Source of the DNA: Eledone cirrhosa
Taxonomy: Eukaryota
Reading direction: 5' to 3'
NCBI GenBank assembly: GCA_964016885.1
Contig: OZ024740.1
Coordinates: forward strand, 316,820,001-316,884,000
Length of the DNA stretch: 64,000 bases
The position numbers and the translations under genes are program-made. Below are positions 1 through 11,614 of the stretch, one piece after another; position 1 is the stretch's first letter; each line of letters opens with the position of its first letter. The notes under the pieces are model-generated. The model was not told the DNA's origin, made no database searches, and saw only the letters and a list, made by a program, of their open reading frames with translations.

Positions 1-93
1 CTTATAAATGGGTTTGGGATTTTTGCCCATAACTCAGACATAAAAGAAGGTGAGATGAGGATGGGATCAGCTTATATTCAAGTATATATAGTA
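1..93. mobile_element. Terminal part of a Tc1/mariner-superfamily (Tc2-like) MITE
   Basis: cagcttatattcaagtatatatagta terminus shared with the copies at 6200, 29533 and 42007. Confidence 0.55.
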
Positions 94-151
94 ATTATAA
101 ATTATAACTAATGTGAGCTAAACTGATAAAAATCATTAAAAAAAAAATTAC

Positions 152-377
152 CTTTAGTTCCACCAGTCAGTCGAAAAGGTAAGAGAGCTCTTATCACACC
201 AAATATCTCAACAGTTAAAATAGTGTAAACTTTGCCAGTGTTTGGGTCAGGGCGTAAAAGCTCCAAGATTTTGCCTCGTGATACAATAACTTCCTGCTGT
301 TTAGTTCCAGAGAAATTACCATGGACAGCTTGAGTTATTCCTGTTGCTCGTTGTAATGTCAAATTGTACAGAAACAT
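152..377 (-). CDS. SF3B3: Splicing factor 3B subunit 3 (SAP130), first coding exon; gene continues off the left edge of the window
   Basis: Translation MFLYNLTLQRATGITQAVHGNFSGTKQQEVIVSRGKILELLRPDPNTGKVYTILTVEIFGVIRALLPFRLTGGTK matches the highly conserved SF3B3 N-terminus. Donor AAAG|GTAATT at 151/152 (phase 1). Polypyrimidine acceptor ttttgctttag ends at 386, so the exon spans 152-385 and an upstream non-coding exon is implied. Confidence 0.97.
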
Positions 378-1218
378 GATGATGCCTAAAGCAAAACAAA
401 AAGAGAAAACATGAAAATATTCCCCTTATTCTTCGTTGTTACAATGGAAAGTATTAACAAGATAGAGATCATAAGAAAGCATATACTGTATTGAGTGGAG
501 TCATGAGTATTCAAATAGAAAGCGAGTTCTTAAGTGCAATATGTTATGTGGTTAAGTTACTAAAGTTTTGGAAGCTGAAGAATTTGATTATTGGTTTTTA
601 ATTTAGGTACCCAGTACACACTGTAAATGTGGCTGGTGTTAAGAAGGACATCCAGCTTTAGAAACCAGCAAGACAAAGTCATCTTATCTGACTTTTCTTA
701 CAATGTAACAACTCATCTAACTCATGCTAATGTGGAAAAATGGACGTTAAATGGTGATGATGATGATACTATAAACATTTGAATTAACAAACTCATTTTT
801 GAAATACTTTCTACTAAATCCTTATAAGATGGTAAAAGTTAATAAAGATTATTTTGACAGCTGATACAGGAAAAAAAAATACCAAAATGGTGTTAGATGC
901 AATTCTTGTATGACAAAAGGAATTAAACCAACTTCTTTTCAGATGTGATATTATTATTAATATCATTGTATGTCTTTTGTGTTCTTACACATAATTGATT
1001 TATTTGACTACTGGGTCAATGAAACAGCTTGGCCATTCTATCAAATATAACTTCTGGATGTAAAGGATCACCTGTCTATGGTGGTATTCAGATAAATAAA
1101 TGCTGTAGGACATGACAGGTTAACGAGTTAACCCTTTAGCAATTTCTTCTGGTGAGGGAATATGTTTAATAACTGTGTGGCAGCTGAACTAACTTCATGT
1201 TGTATTATTGGTATTGAT

Positions 1219-1431
1219 TTAACCCTTTAGCATTTAAACCAGCCATATCCGGCCAGAATTCCCTCACCTCTTTCTGTTCAAACTGACTGTAACCGGCCAC
1301 TCAAACTGATGTTAAGGTATTGTTCTATAAATAAATATCAAAATTTCATAGATTCAATATTATGTGAGGTAAAGCCTTTACCATGAAAATACAATAGTAA
1401 ATATAGAGTAATGGAAATGCTAATGGGTTAA
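1219..1431 (+). mobile_element. piggyBac-like MITE (~210 bp)
   Basis: TTAA target duplication, CCCTTTAGCATTT...AAATGCTAATGGG terminal inverted repeats, about seven copies in the window. Confidence 0.85.
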
Positions 1432-2228
1432 GGGGCTTCAGTTGGTGTGTATGCCAGAATGATCCAGAAAATATACGACTAAGCATGTTTTGTATGTTGT
1501 TAGGTTGAGATTGTTGAATATTTATGTAGAAGGTTCACCAGTAAACTGTTTATATCTTGAGAATTCTCTTGTAGATTGAATGTTGGATTTAACAGCAAAT
1601 CCTGCACAGCAACAAATTCATCTCCCATGACATTTGTTATACATATGGTAAGCAGTCGTTTGGGTGCATGTCTAATGTAGGAAACCAAAACGATAAGTAA
1701 AAATACAATTCAAAATATTCTTCACTCATTGTTTTAAATGTACCAAACTTTTAACTTGAGTGTCAACAAAAACTGATAGCAGTCTCTACAGTGATGTTGA
1801 ACAAATATGATGAATACTTCTCACATACCAGTAGATGAAACCAGTAAAAGAGTAATGTAATTATTCTGGCCAATAGACTATAACAATTCATAACTTTAAC
1901 AAGAAGTGAAAAGTTGAATGTGTTGTTACACACACCTATTATAGTTAGCTATCAAAAAATTCTCAATTTATGCAGACAAAACTAAGAAACCACAAAAGGA
2001 AACAAAAGCAATAATAAAACATGATCAATAACTTTTTTTTTAAATATTGCAGCTTTTCTTAACTGAAATGACTCTAAAAAGATTGATCAAACTAAATGGT
2101 AGAATTATAGACGAAATTTCACAATATTCTCTTCGGTAACAGCTATTTGAAAAAAAGCTTTCATAAAATTGAAGATGTAAAACGTTATTTGACTGTTTAG
2201 TAATGCTCAAAAGTGTTGCTGATAATGT

Positions 2229-2442
2229 TTAACTCTTTAGCATTTACATTACCCTATATTAACTATAGTATTTTTGCAGTAAAGGCTTTATCTTACATAA
2301 TATTGAATCTTTGAGAGTTTGATATTTATTTTGAGACCACCTTAATGTCAGTATGAGCAGCCAGTTATGGTCAGTTTGAACAGAAAGAAAGAGGAGGTAG
2401 AATTCTGGCTGGATACGGCCAGTTTAAATGTTAAAGGGTTAA
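2229..2442 (-). mobile_element. piggyBac-like MITE, same family, opposite orientation
   Basis: TTAA flanks; body is the reverse complement of 1219-1431. Confidence 0.85.
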
Positions 2443-3574
2443 CAGATAATCTGCTCCTTCTGAGTGATGTCTTCAATCCCTAGAAAAACATGTTGGTTAG
2501 GAGATCAACTAACAGATCTACATCCACTACAATCTCTAGTAGTAGGTCCTATTTTGTTTTTTCAGTATTAATGTGAGAAACATTTTTGTGATTAGGATTA
2601 TGTGAACCCGAGTTGTGGATTTTAACAGTCATTTTGATTTGATCTGTTTCACTACAACATAATGATTTCTTCTTTAGTTCATACATATCATCATTCATCA
2701 TTTTACGACCCTTGTTCCACACTTGCATGGGTTGGACAGATCCTTCTCAGTGCGGCATCTTTCCTCATGTCATGTCCCTTTGTCGTCATCTCCATGAACT
2801 TTAGCGAGGTAAGATCAGCTCGCACCACTTCCATCCAGGTCTTCCTCTACAGTGGCTTCCTTCTACTGGGATTATTTGGCACTTCTTCATAAGCTGGCAG
2901 GGTGTAATTTGAGGAAGATTTGACTAACATATCTAGCTACCATATAGAAGCCTCCCTTCTTGACTCATACACACATGTATGCATATATAGGAAAATAAGG
3001 TCATTTCAGGGAAATTTGGCTGCAATAACTATCAGGTCTAGCTACCGTGTAAAGGCTTATTCCTTGACTCATACATATATAAAGCAGTATGTGTGGTTTG
3101 AGGGAAATTTGGTTGATATTTCTATGAGAGTGACTGACCATTTGAAGGTTCCTTCATTTGGCTGTGATCATTGTCACTTATTTTCACCTTTAAGAAAAAC
3201 ATCAGTCACCTATCTATCACCTTGCCACCAGTAACAATGCATTTAAACTACATTTAAACTATTCTAGATTTGAAATTGTAATCCATAGTATTTAAACTAA
3301 CACTGCCTATTCTATCAGACCTTTCTTGGCTACATGTACTTCATATAGCGTTTTGGCTAGAGGCCTAATTTGTACTGGCCAGCCAAGTATTTGAGCTCTC
3401 ATATTCATCTTAGCAAACAGTCGTAACACTAAATGACATAGTTCAAAGAATGTGGACGTTGGGGCATATAATTCTTAAGCAGAGTCTCTAGCTTGTTTCG
3501 AATGTATTTATAGGTGATGCTGGTTATGTACTACAACATCTTGGCACAAGACCAACATTTTTTCTGTGTGTGGA

Positions 3575-3710
3575 GAGATTATATCGACCCCAGTACTTGA
3601 CTGGTACTTTATCTTATCAACCTTGAAAGGATGAAAGGCAAAGTTGACCTCGGCGGCATTTGAAAACAGAAAGTAAAGAGGTGGAAGAAATACTGCTGAC
3701 CATTTGTCCG
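3575..3710 (-). mobile_element. tRNA-derived SINE fragment with Meta-domain-like core
   Basis: Reverse complement of gccgaggtcaactttgcctttcatccttc...gataagataaagtaccagtcaagtactggggtcgat. Confidence 0.75.
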
Positions 3711-5098
3711 GAAAACAAGTCAGTAACATTGATAGATTATATCGAAGAGTTAATAAGTAGTTCTCAATATCTCAAACATAAAGCTTATACGAAAACAAAA
3801 GAATCACATGGAGATAATCTGAATATTGTGAACGAATTCTCTTACTTTTTACTTAAACTAGAAAAAGAGCAGCTATTCAACCAACAGATTTCTGGGCCTC
3901 CAAACGGATAATACAGGATCTTTCTTGGTAAGCCATGAGAATAAAATTGAGAAGCACAATGGTACTGACGTTAATGATTTAATTTTAATCTTCCTCAATA
4001 TAAACTATGGTAATTTTTTAGATATACATTCGTCTTCGGGACGGGTGTTAAACGGTTTTCTCGGGTGGGGGATCACAAAAGAAAAAAACGGGTAAATTAG
4101 GATGGTATTGAAAGCCATGTTCGTTCAAAACCCGCTAAAAATCATAAGAAAACCCACATTTTAACCAGACCTAAACGTATCAACTGACTACCCTTTAAAT
4201 TTAAAAAAAAATACTATTTCTTGGATACGAGTGTAATAATATAAGTTTACACCAAATTTATCGATGAAATAATAAAAATAAAAATGTCGTTCATGTTCGT
4301 ATACAAATAATGAGAAGTTATTTCACTGTGTTAAACATAATTCGTTTAAATTGGCGAACGATCCATTACCAAACTGGACTGAGGAGAATTTATTTGATAA
4401 AACAAAGGAGCACTTCTCGTTAAAAAAAATATAAAAGTTGATTTTAAATACTTATTTCAGGAAAATAAAGTTTGTTCTTTTTTCAAATTACAATAAAATG
4501 TTTGAAAAGTTTCAAAAGAAAATCGATCAATATACAAATAATTGGGATTCTGAAGTAACATTATAAAAACTATCATATTATTGGTGTAAATAAAACGTAT
4601 ATATGTAACCATGTGCACCTCCCTCCGTCTCTTCCTTATCTATATAAATGTTTTTGTGTATGTATTTAGATGTTTATTTTGCATACGTATTTTTTAGTTT
4701 TTAGCTAGCAATCATGAGAGTGAAAATGAAATAATTTTGAAAATAATTAAATATCAAAATATATTTTATATGTAAAATAAGTTTAATCAATCGAGATTCG
4801 GTCGTTATGGGACAAACACGTAATCTATAAGATAATTGTTAGTATTGATACAAATATCAATCGCTAGACAATTATTAACACTTAACATATACATCAAGAT
4901 CATTTTTTTAGCGCTACGTTTAAATTATGAATAGTTGTTATAGTATAAAGTTGCATAGTATGATATATCACTGATCAGTTTATATTTCGTGCTTCTAACG
5001 ACCATGTTAGAAAAAAATGGTTGTTGTATATACGACCGGCAATTACATTTTAAAGGCAAACAAAGGACACAAAATGAAAACAAATTAAGTCCCCTTAC

Positions 5099-5290
5099 CT
5101 TTTTAGATAATAATGCTGCTCATTAGGTAAATTAAAATATACTACCATAAAGATAATTAGAGGATTTTAATAGATTATTCGAATAATTTTGATACATTGG
5201 ATTGATGATATATCCGGGGAAAAAAAATTGAATTTTCTAACGATGAAGAGTGACTAAAAGGTTATCTCCCCTTTTTAATGGCGCGAATAT
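5099..5290 (-). promoter_or_regulatory. Candidate SF3B3 promoter and non-coding first exon
   Basis: Minus-strand donor AAAG|GTAAGG at 5098/5099. Lies at the edge of a relatively CpG-retaining, largely repeat-free block (~3700-5300). AAGGGGAGATAAC motif at 5261-5273 (minus) and E2F-like TTCGCGCCA at 5279-5287. An alternative donor candidate lies near 3845. Confidence 0.35.
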
Positions 5291-5596
5291 ATATTTGATG
5301 TTTTACTTTTAGGCTATTAAAAAATAGTAAATATTCTCCCATGTTATCAACTAATCACCATAAATGCATTATCTTTTGTGACACCATTCACCTTCTCATA
5401 TAAGTCCTTATTAAGCTAATTTAAGTTGTCTATTTCATTTCTCAGTTATTTTAAAAGTATGCTGTTATTGCTTTTTCCCCAGGTCATTCTTGATCAACAG
5501 AACAGTTTGCTCATGAAATTAATGTGTAAGTGGCTGAGCATTCTGCAGACACATGTACCTTTAATGTAATTCTCAGGGAGATTCAGTATGTCACAG

Positions 5597-5798
5597 TATA
5601 AGGGTTGGCTGAAAAGTTCATAGGCTGACGAATATACTCACATGGAATGACCAAATAAGGTTTATTTTTCAACATAGTCCCTGGAAAGAAACAATGCAGT
5701 TATTAACAAGAAGAGTTGAAATTAATTCATGCAAGATTTCACAGCTCTAGCATCACTTCTTCATAGTCAGAGTATAAACTTTTCAGCTGACCCTTGAA
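5597..5798 (+). mobile_element. mariner-like MITE nested in a SINE central domain
   Basis: TIRs agggttggctgaaaagtt / aacttttcagctgaccct; same body as the copies at 16770 and 40386. Confidence 0.8.
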
Positions 5799-5834
5799 TG
5801 TGACAAGGCTGACCTTCTGCAGACTCATGTGCCC

Positions 5835-6062
5835 TTAACCCTTTAGCATTTAAACCTGCCATATCCGGCCAGAATTCTCTCACCCCTTTCTGTTCAAACT
5901 GGCTGTAACTAGCCACTCATACTGATATTAAGGTCTTGTTTTTAAAGTAAATAATAACATCATCAAAATCTCATAGATTCAATGTGAATAATTATGTGAG
6001 ATAAAGCCTTTACTGCAAAATACAATAGTATATATAGAGTAATGTCAATGTTAAAGGGTTAA
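5835..6062 (+). mobile_element. piggyBac-like MITE nested in a SINE domain
   Basis: Splits ccc-TTAA-tgtaattctcag with TTAA duplicated on both sides. Confidence 0.88.
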
Positions 6063-6199
6063 TGTAATTCTCAGCATGTACAGTCAATCCAACAGGCTTC
6101 CAAACAGTTTCTGTCTACTCAGTTTTACTCATAAAGCATGGGTTGATCCAAAGTTATGGTAAAGAACACTTGCCCAAGATGCCATAAAGTGCATCTAAG

Positions 6200-6411
6200 T
6201 ACTGTATAAAATTGAATATAAGCCAGTCCCACTATTTTATATCTGAGAAATAAGCAAAAATCCAAACTTTACTTACATAGGATTTGAAGTTAGTAAAAAT
6301 CATCAAAATATTGCCCCTGAATATAAGCCGCCCCCCCCCCCCCCCTCCTTTTTTTTTACCATCAATCTTTTGGTTATATATTCGTTAGCTTATATTCAAA
6401 TATATACAGTA
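6200..6411 (+). mobile_element. Tc2-like MITE
   Basis: TA-flanked TIRs tactgtata...gaatataagc / gcttatattcaaatatatacagta. Confidence 0.75.
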
Positions 6412-7229
6412 ACTTGAAATAAATTTCAATTGTAACCTGAAAATAATAGAAGCTGATCTAGTTGTAATTACTTAGCCCCACATCTGTCCTGATTAAGCAG
6501 ACATATTATCAAAAACATTCCAGTTGTGACCATCCATTCTTTTAGAGGTATCTAGGAAAACATTATTCAATGTATTATTTCCTATATTTTAAGACACCAG
6601 GGGATGATGAAAGAAATTTGGCTACTATTTCTAACAAGTCTTATGGATTGTAGAAGCCTCAAAAGAAGTTTAAATTAAAACTATTCCACAGCCTACATCT
6701 ACTCATTTGACACTATGTCCCCACATACCCTTTCTTTCATCATCTGTGTGTGGTTTCAAGTTTTTAGATCAGCTCTCATTACCTCTGACCAGGCGTCCTT
6801 GGTTTTCCTCTACTGCAGCTTCCTTCCACTTAGAGCTCCTGGCATTGCTTCATCCCATGATCATCATTTGGTGTTTTTGAGTTGATTTTATAGTTATCTG
6901 AAAGATGAGTGTCAAATGTTTGGGCAGAAGCACAATTTTACTGCTTGCCATAGGTGCTATTTTCCCTAGTTACACCCAACAAACTGTTTCTGTTTCTTGT
7001 CATCATCCACCTGTGTTTCTCTTGACAGAGCTCACGCTTATTACTATGTCCTCCTTCAACACTTGGGAATTCTCTTCCTCCCAACTTTAGAATTCTTGTT
7101 TTGTTGCAGATCATCATTGACCATCCCAGCCATGAACATCCTGTCTTTTTCCTAGCAGACTAAGCAACCACGTGGAAGCAACATTGGGGAATTACTTGCC
7201 TCTGAAATTATTGAATTGCAAAGTGAGTC

Positions 7230-7615
7230 CCATCATCACCATCACCATTCAAAGTCCATTTGTCCATGCTAGCATGGGTTAGATGAGTTATCCCATTGTG
7301 AGACAAGTCACATCAGGTGACTGTGTCTTGTTCATATAAAACTGTTTCTGGCTTGGTTTCTACTGCTGGATACCCTTCCTAACACCAACAACATTTACAG
7401 TGTGTACGGGATGCTTTTTATTGTGGCACCAAAACGATCACCTTACAGTATAGGCTGGGCATGTTTTATTGTGACACCTACACAACCATGTTACAGTGTG
7501 AACTGGATGCTTTTTGTCATATCACCAATATGACCACTTTACAGTGTGGGCTAAGCACTTTTTGTTGTGATACCTACACAACCACTTTACTGTGTGGACT
7601 GGGTGCTTTTTGTAG
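7230..7615 (-). mobile_element. SINE-like element with RTE-type (ATG)n tail and internal 48-bp tandem repeats
   Basis: (cat)n tail, ccatgctagcatgggttaga stem, cccttcctaacaccaac core, repeated actttacagtgtggactgggtgcttttt units. Confidence 0.8.
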
Positions 7616-8559
7616 ATTACTCCTACAAGGAAAGTCCAATCAAGAATTTCAGGTTCTATCACAAAATTAGAGAATTTTCATAAAAGGTAGATCAAGAAAC
7701 ATGCAAGTTTTTTTTAGCTTCACTCCTATATATCTGATTTTGAACTTCAGAAACAACTTCAACTGGGAATCAAAGACAAATTGCAGACTCAGTTGACCAG
7801 AGTCTTATCTCTTGCTCTAATTACTCACATAATTTAGCTGTTAATAATGTTTTTTGTAATTTGATTTTAAAAACAATTTTTGAAAACAGTATTTTATAAA
7901 TATCACATCGCTAAAAAGTAATTTTAATCATTTTGTTACCTTATTTCTTTTGACAGATGCAATAATTTGGAAGCTGGTGTTTGGAATATGACTTAACAAA
8001 GGTTCTGAAATAAAATTCTGATAGAAAGTATTTTGATAGATAGATATAATCACTTTAAAATCACTTTGTATCATAGAATCATGGGTGATTTCAGGTAGTT
8101 TGATATGAAAAGGTTTATGTACAAAGATGACTGTATACACATCTGAGGTTAATCTGGTCATCTGGTTCCTCCAGCCTCATGGCAACAAACCAGTGTGTTA
8201 ATAGAGCAGATAATCATCCAGGAGATAGGAGTTTCTAGCTTGTCACTCCTATTATATTGTGTTTATGATCAAGTCATCTAATCCTCTATAACTAAGTTCA
8301 CTTTTTCTATTTGAAAATAAACAAGTATTTATGAGATTGAAGTGCTGAATCTTTCTGCAAGCAGGGAGAAAACACTAGGAAATTAATAGCACAAACAGTC
8401 AGGGTAACGAGGCTGTATAACTGTGAAGGAGACATGGTTTGTTAGCCCCAGAACAGTAAATCCATGTAGAGAGTCTGGGACAACAGGTGTATCTACATCA
8501 CATTTAGGTGTTTGATGGCCCTATTTGCTTATTTACATACGTCATCATTATTACCATTT

Positions 8560-10230
8560 GACACCAACAGCCTGCAAGATTGGAACAAATTATTCAGTTT
8601 TGTGACTCTCACACTTGAGATTCCAATGGTTAGGGAGGTTTTAAGTCCCCTCCATGACTTTGAGATGCAGAGGCAATGTCACTTCCTTCTGCAATCCCTT
8701 CCAACCAGCCTCTCCCTTCCTCCTACTGCTTACCTGTGCCAACACTACACACAGAGTTCCCTTCTGACTGTATGAAATGTCTCTGTGACTGAGTTAATTG
8801 GAAACTAATTGAGGGTGATGCTTCTGCTGCGGTGCATGCACTGGCTTCAAGTAACATGGTACTCTGACTCCAAAAATTATGTCCTGGCCTCTCTCTGTTT
8901 TAAGTATCCAGACCCCCTGCCAATATCAGAGACTTCTAATTTCCTAACTAGTGACGTTGCCATGACCCCATCCAGTGAAGACCTGATAGTTGCCCTGAGA
9001 TCTTTCCCAGGGAACAGCAGTGGTTAGTAGATGCCCTGTTACTTAGCCACCTAAAAGATCTCATCTTGCCATATTTTGCTGGGGCAGGAGTACAAATGCT
9101 TTGGTCAATTACTGATCTTTGCATTGGCTGTCGATGACATTGCTCATGTAGTCCATTCATCCTTCAATGTCTGGTAACTGGGTAGCTCAGTTGAGTCTGT
9201 CATTGACGATCTTCAGCAAGTCATCCTAGTCCTATCACTCCTTGGACTTAAGATCAACTCAATTCATGTCCAAGGTGATAAATGTGAGCTACAGTGAAAC
9301 TGAAGACATTGTGCTTAGCATCCAACCTGTTCTGACTGGGGCATGGCTAACACCAAAAAACGATGCATACATTCTTAGCTCTGCAATCCTCTCAAAAGCC
9401 ATAGGAGAGTACCTGGAGATCAAGCATGCTGACCTAATAAGGATGACAGATTGTGCTTCTGGGAAAATGGATGTTAAACGATGATGATGATGATGGCAGA
9501 CACCTGGTGTTCTTCCTTCTGGGGAACTGTTTCATCATCTTCAAACTCCTCTTCATGCTGTGCAGTGCACCTTGCTACCCTTATGCGGATTGTTTTGTTG
9601 AACTCAATGCCCCCATCCAACGCTATGCAGAACTCATCTGCAATGTTAGTTTTGACAGCGTCAACTGGCAACATGCAAAACTCTCTGTGAATTTAGGTGG
9701 TGTCAGCCTCCGAGCTACTTTTGACCAAGCACTGTCAGTCTAACTATCTTCAATCTCTTCATCAGCGAGATCCTTTGCAAGACAGCAGAACCATATGTGA
9801 ACCGGGAATTGGAGTCAGCTCTGGCAAATTGGATCGACAAAGGCCTCACCAGTCTCCTGTATGCAGATGTCCCATGCAATGGGGTGCAGGTCAACCTTCA
9901 AGTGGATCAATTTTTCCTTAAACCAATGCCCTCTCACTTGCATCCATTCTTCCTCAACCAAACAGTGGTGCATGGCTCAATTCGGTGCCCACCTCATCAT
10001 CCAGTACCCTGCTTGATGATGTGTGTACTCACATTGGAGTGGCCAAACACTGTGGCCTCCACATGTGTGAACAACACAAATGCCATTGTAGACATGTTGA
10101 CAACTTCGATCTACACCCACTATCCTTCTGCCACAGTGCAGGTCAGTTTCTTGAACTGAACAACATAATCAGAAAAAGCCTCGATGTGGCTAACTTCCCA
10201 TCACAACTGGAGCCAGCTGGTCGCCATCAA
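8560..10230 (+). mobile_element. Degenerate CRE-like non-LTR retrotransposon fragment (RT to zinc knuckle to start of the restriction-like endonuclease)
   Basis: Frameshifted peptides WQHAKLSVNLGGVSLR, HKCHCRHVDNFDLHPLSF and LNNIIRKSLDVANFPSQLEPAG resemble CRE-clade ORF motifs; higher GC than flanks; boundaries approximate. Confidence 0.65.
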
Positions 10231-11429
10231 GACCTCAGTTGTTTTTGGTCCATGAACTGCTGTTTTCCTCTACAAAATTGGAAAGACTGCAGCCTGCCTA
10301 AGGAAGGAGTCCCATGAGGTAGGGTGGCTGTTGCAGTGAGTGTCTCTGGCCATTCTCTGCAGCAATTATTTCACTACTTTGTCAGTGGGGTGCAGCTGAA
10401 GCATATCACTCAGATTGGGGGTGTGCAGTCTGGCACTACATCCCCACTTTCCCATTTTTTCATCATCTCCTTTGTGTGGTTTCATGTTTTGAGATCTGCT
10501 CTCACCACCTCTGACCAGATTTTCCTTGGTTTTCCTTCTCTGCAGATTCCTCCTACTTGGAGCTCCTGGCATTTCTTCACTCAATGATCATCATCCATAT
10601 GCATCACATGACCACACCAGTGTAGTCCTCTCTCTTGCATTCTACAGTTGATTCCTCTTATACTCAGTCCCTCTCTCTCTCTGCTCACCGTTCATGTACA
10701 TTAACATTACCCATCCATTGAAGCTTAGTCCTATGTGAGTTCAATTCCTGTCTTGAATAAACTGGTGACCTAGAAACCTGTTTGAAACATCCGTTCTCTT
10801 ACCTTTACTATGACAAACTAATATAAACCACCTTGAGAACCTTTTTGGTTAACACCTCACATACTAGAGGTAGACAATGTCTTTAATAGTATGCATGGTT
10901 CTGTAACTCCTAGGGGAGTTGTAAGGGCGCCATATTGATATACGACAATTCTAGGGCATTTCTTAAAACCTGGTGGAGCACATCTCTCCAGGTTCGAATA
11001 AAGCAGATTCTTCAAGTGATAGAGAGTGAGAGAATGGAAGTGAGAAAGAGATATAGAGGGAGAATCGACTCCAATACTTATTGGTACTTTTTTTATCGAC
11101 TTCAAATGGATGAGAGGCAAAGTTGACTGCAGCAGCATTTGAACTCAAGAAGCAAAGAGCCGAAAATAATACCGCAAAATGACTCTACTAATTCGCTGCC
11201 TTCTTTAATAGTGTAAGAAGTCTGTGAAGGTACACAAGAGAATTTAAACAAACGTATGAGGAAATTTATTTGAAATTCGCTGTTAACGAAATGCATATTA
11301 ATGTTCGACGATAAAGTTATTTCGGGAATATATCTAAGTATAAAAAAGTTTCAATTATTTGCCACTAAATCTATGCCCACACCTTTAAAATTTTAACAAA
11401 ATGGGTTACCTTCAACAGACTATGTTAGT

Positions 11430-11510
11430 GAAATGATTGGAGGTGTGTCTTTAAAGGGAGATAACTATTATTCAAAGTCCCAGAAACCTTAGCACAAATC
11501 AACATGGCGG
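11430..11510 (+). promoter_or_regulatory. COG4 proximal promoter / 5' UTR motifs
   Basis: Reverse CCAAT (ATTGG 11436-11440), AAGGGAGATAACT at 11454-11466, and YY1-like AACATGGCGG overlapping the start codon (11501-11510). Neighbourhood retains CpGs. Confidence 0.5.
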
Positions 11511-11614
11511 GTTCTAAAGACGATGCCACGTCCTCTGACATTTTAGAGGCGGCTGACAAATTGACAGATATAGACAAGATGAAAGAGGCTTTGGATAAAC
11601 TTTGTCATGATGAG
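11504..11614 (+). CDS. COG4: COG4 exon 1
   Basis: Strong Kozak aacATGG; [37 protein letters not shown]; ends at probable GC donor GAG|GCTAGT. Confidence 0.85.

Noticed and set aside
3660-3911. 83-aa ORF between the SF3B3 coding exon and its candidate promoter
   Set aside because: Starts at TTG inside a SINE, no recognisable homology or splice structure
378-5098. Intronic C/D snoRNA (human SF3B3 hosts snoRNAs)
   Set aside because: No convincing box C/box D pair with a terminal stem found on the minus strand; most ATGATGA hits are retroposon tails
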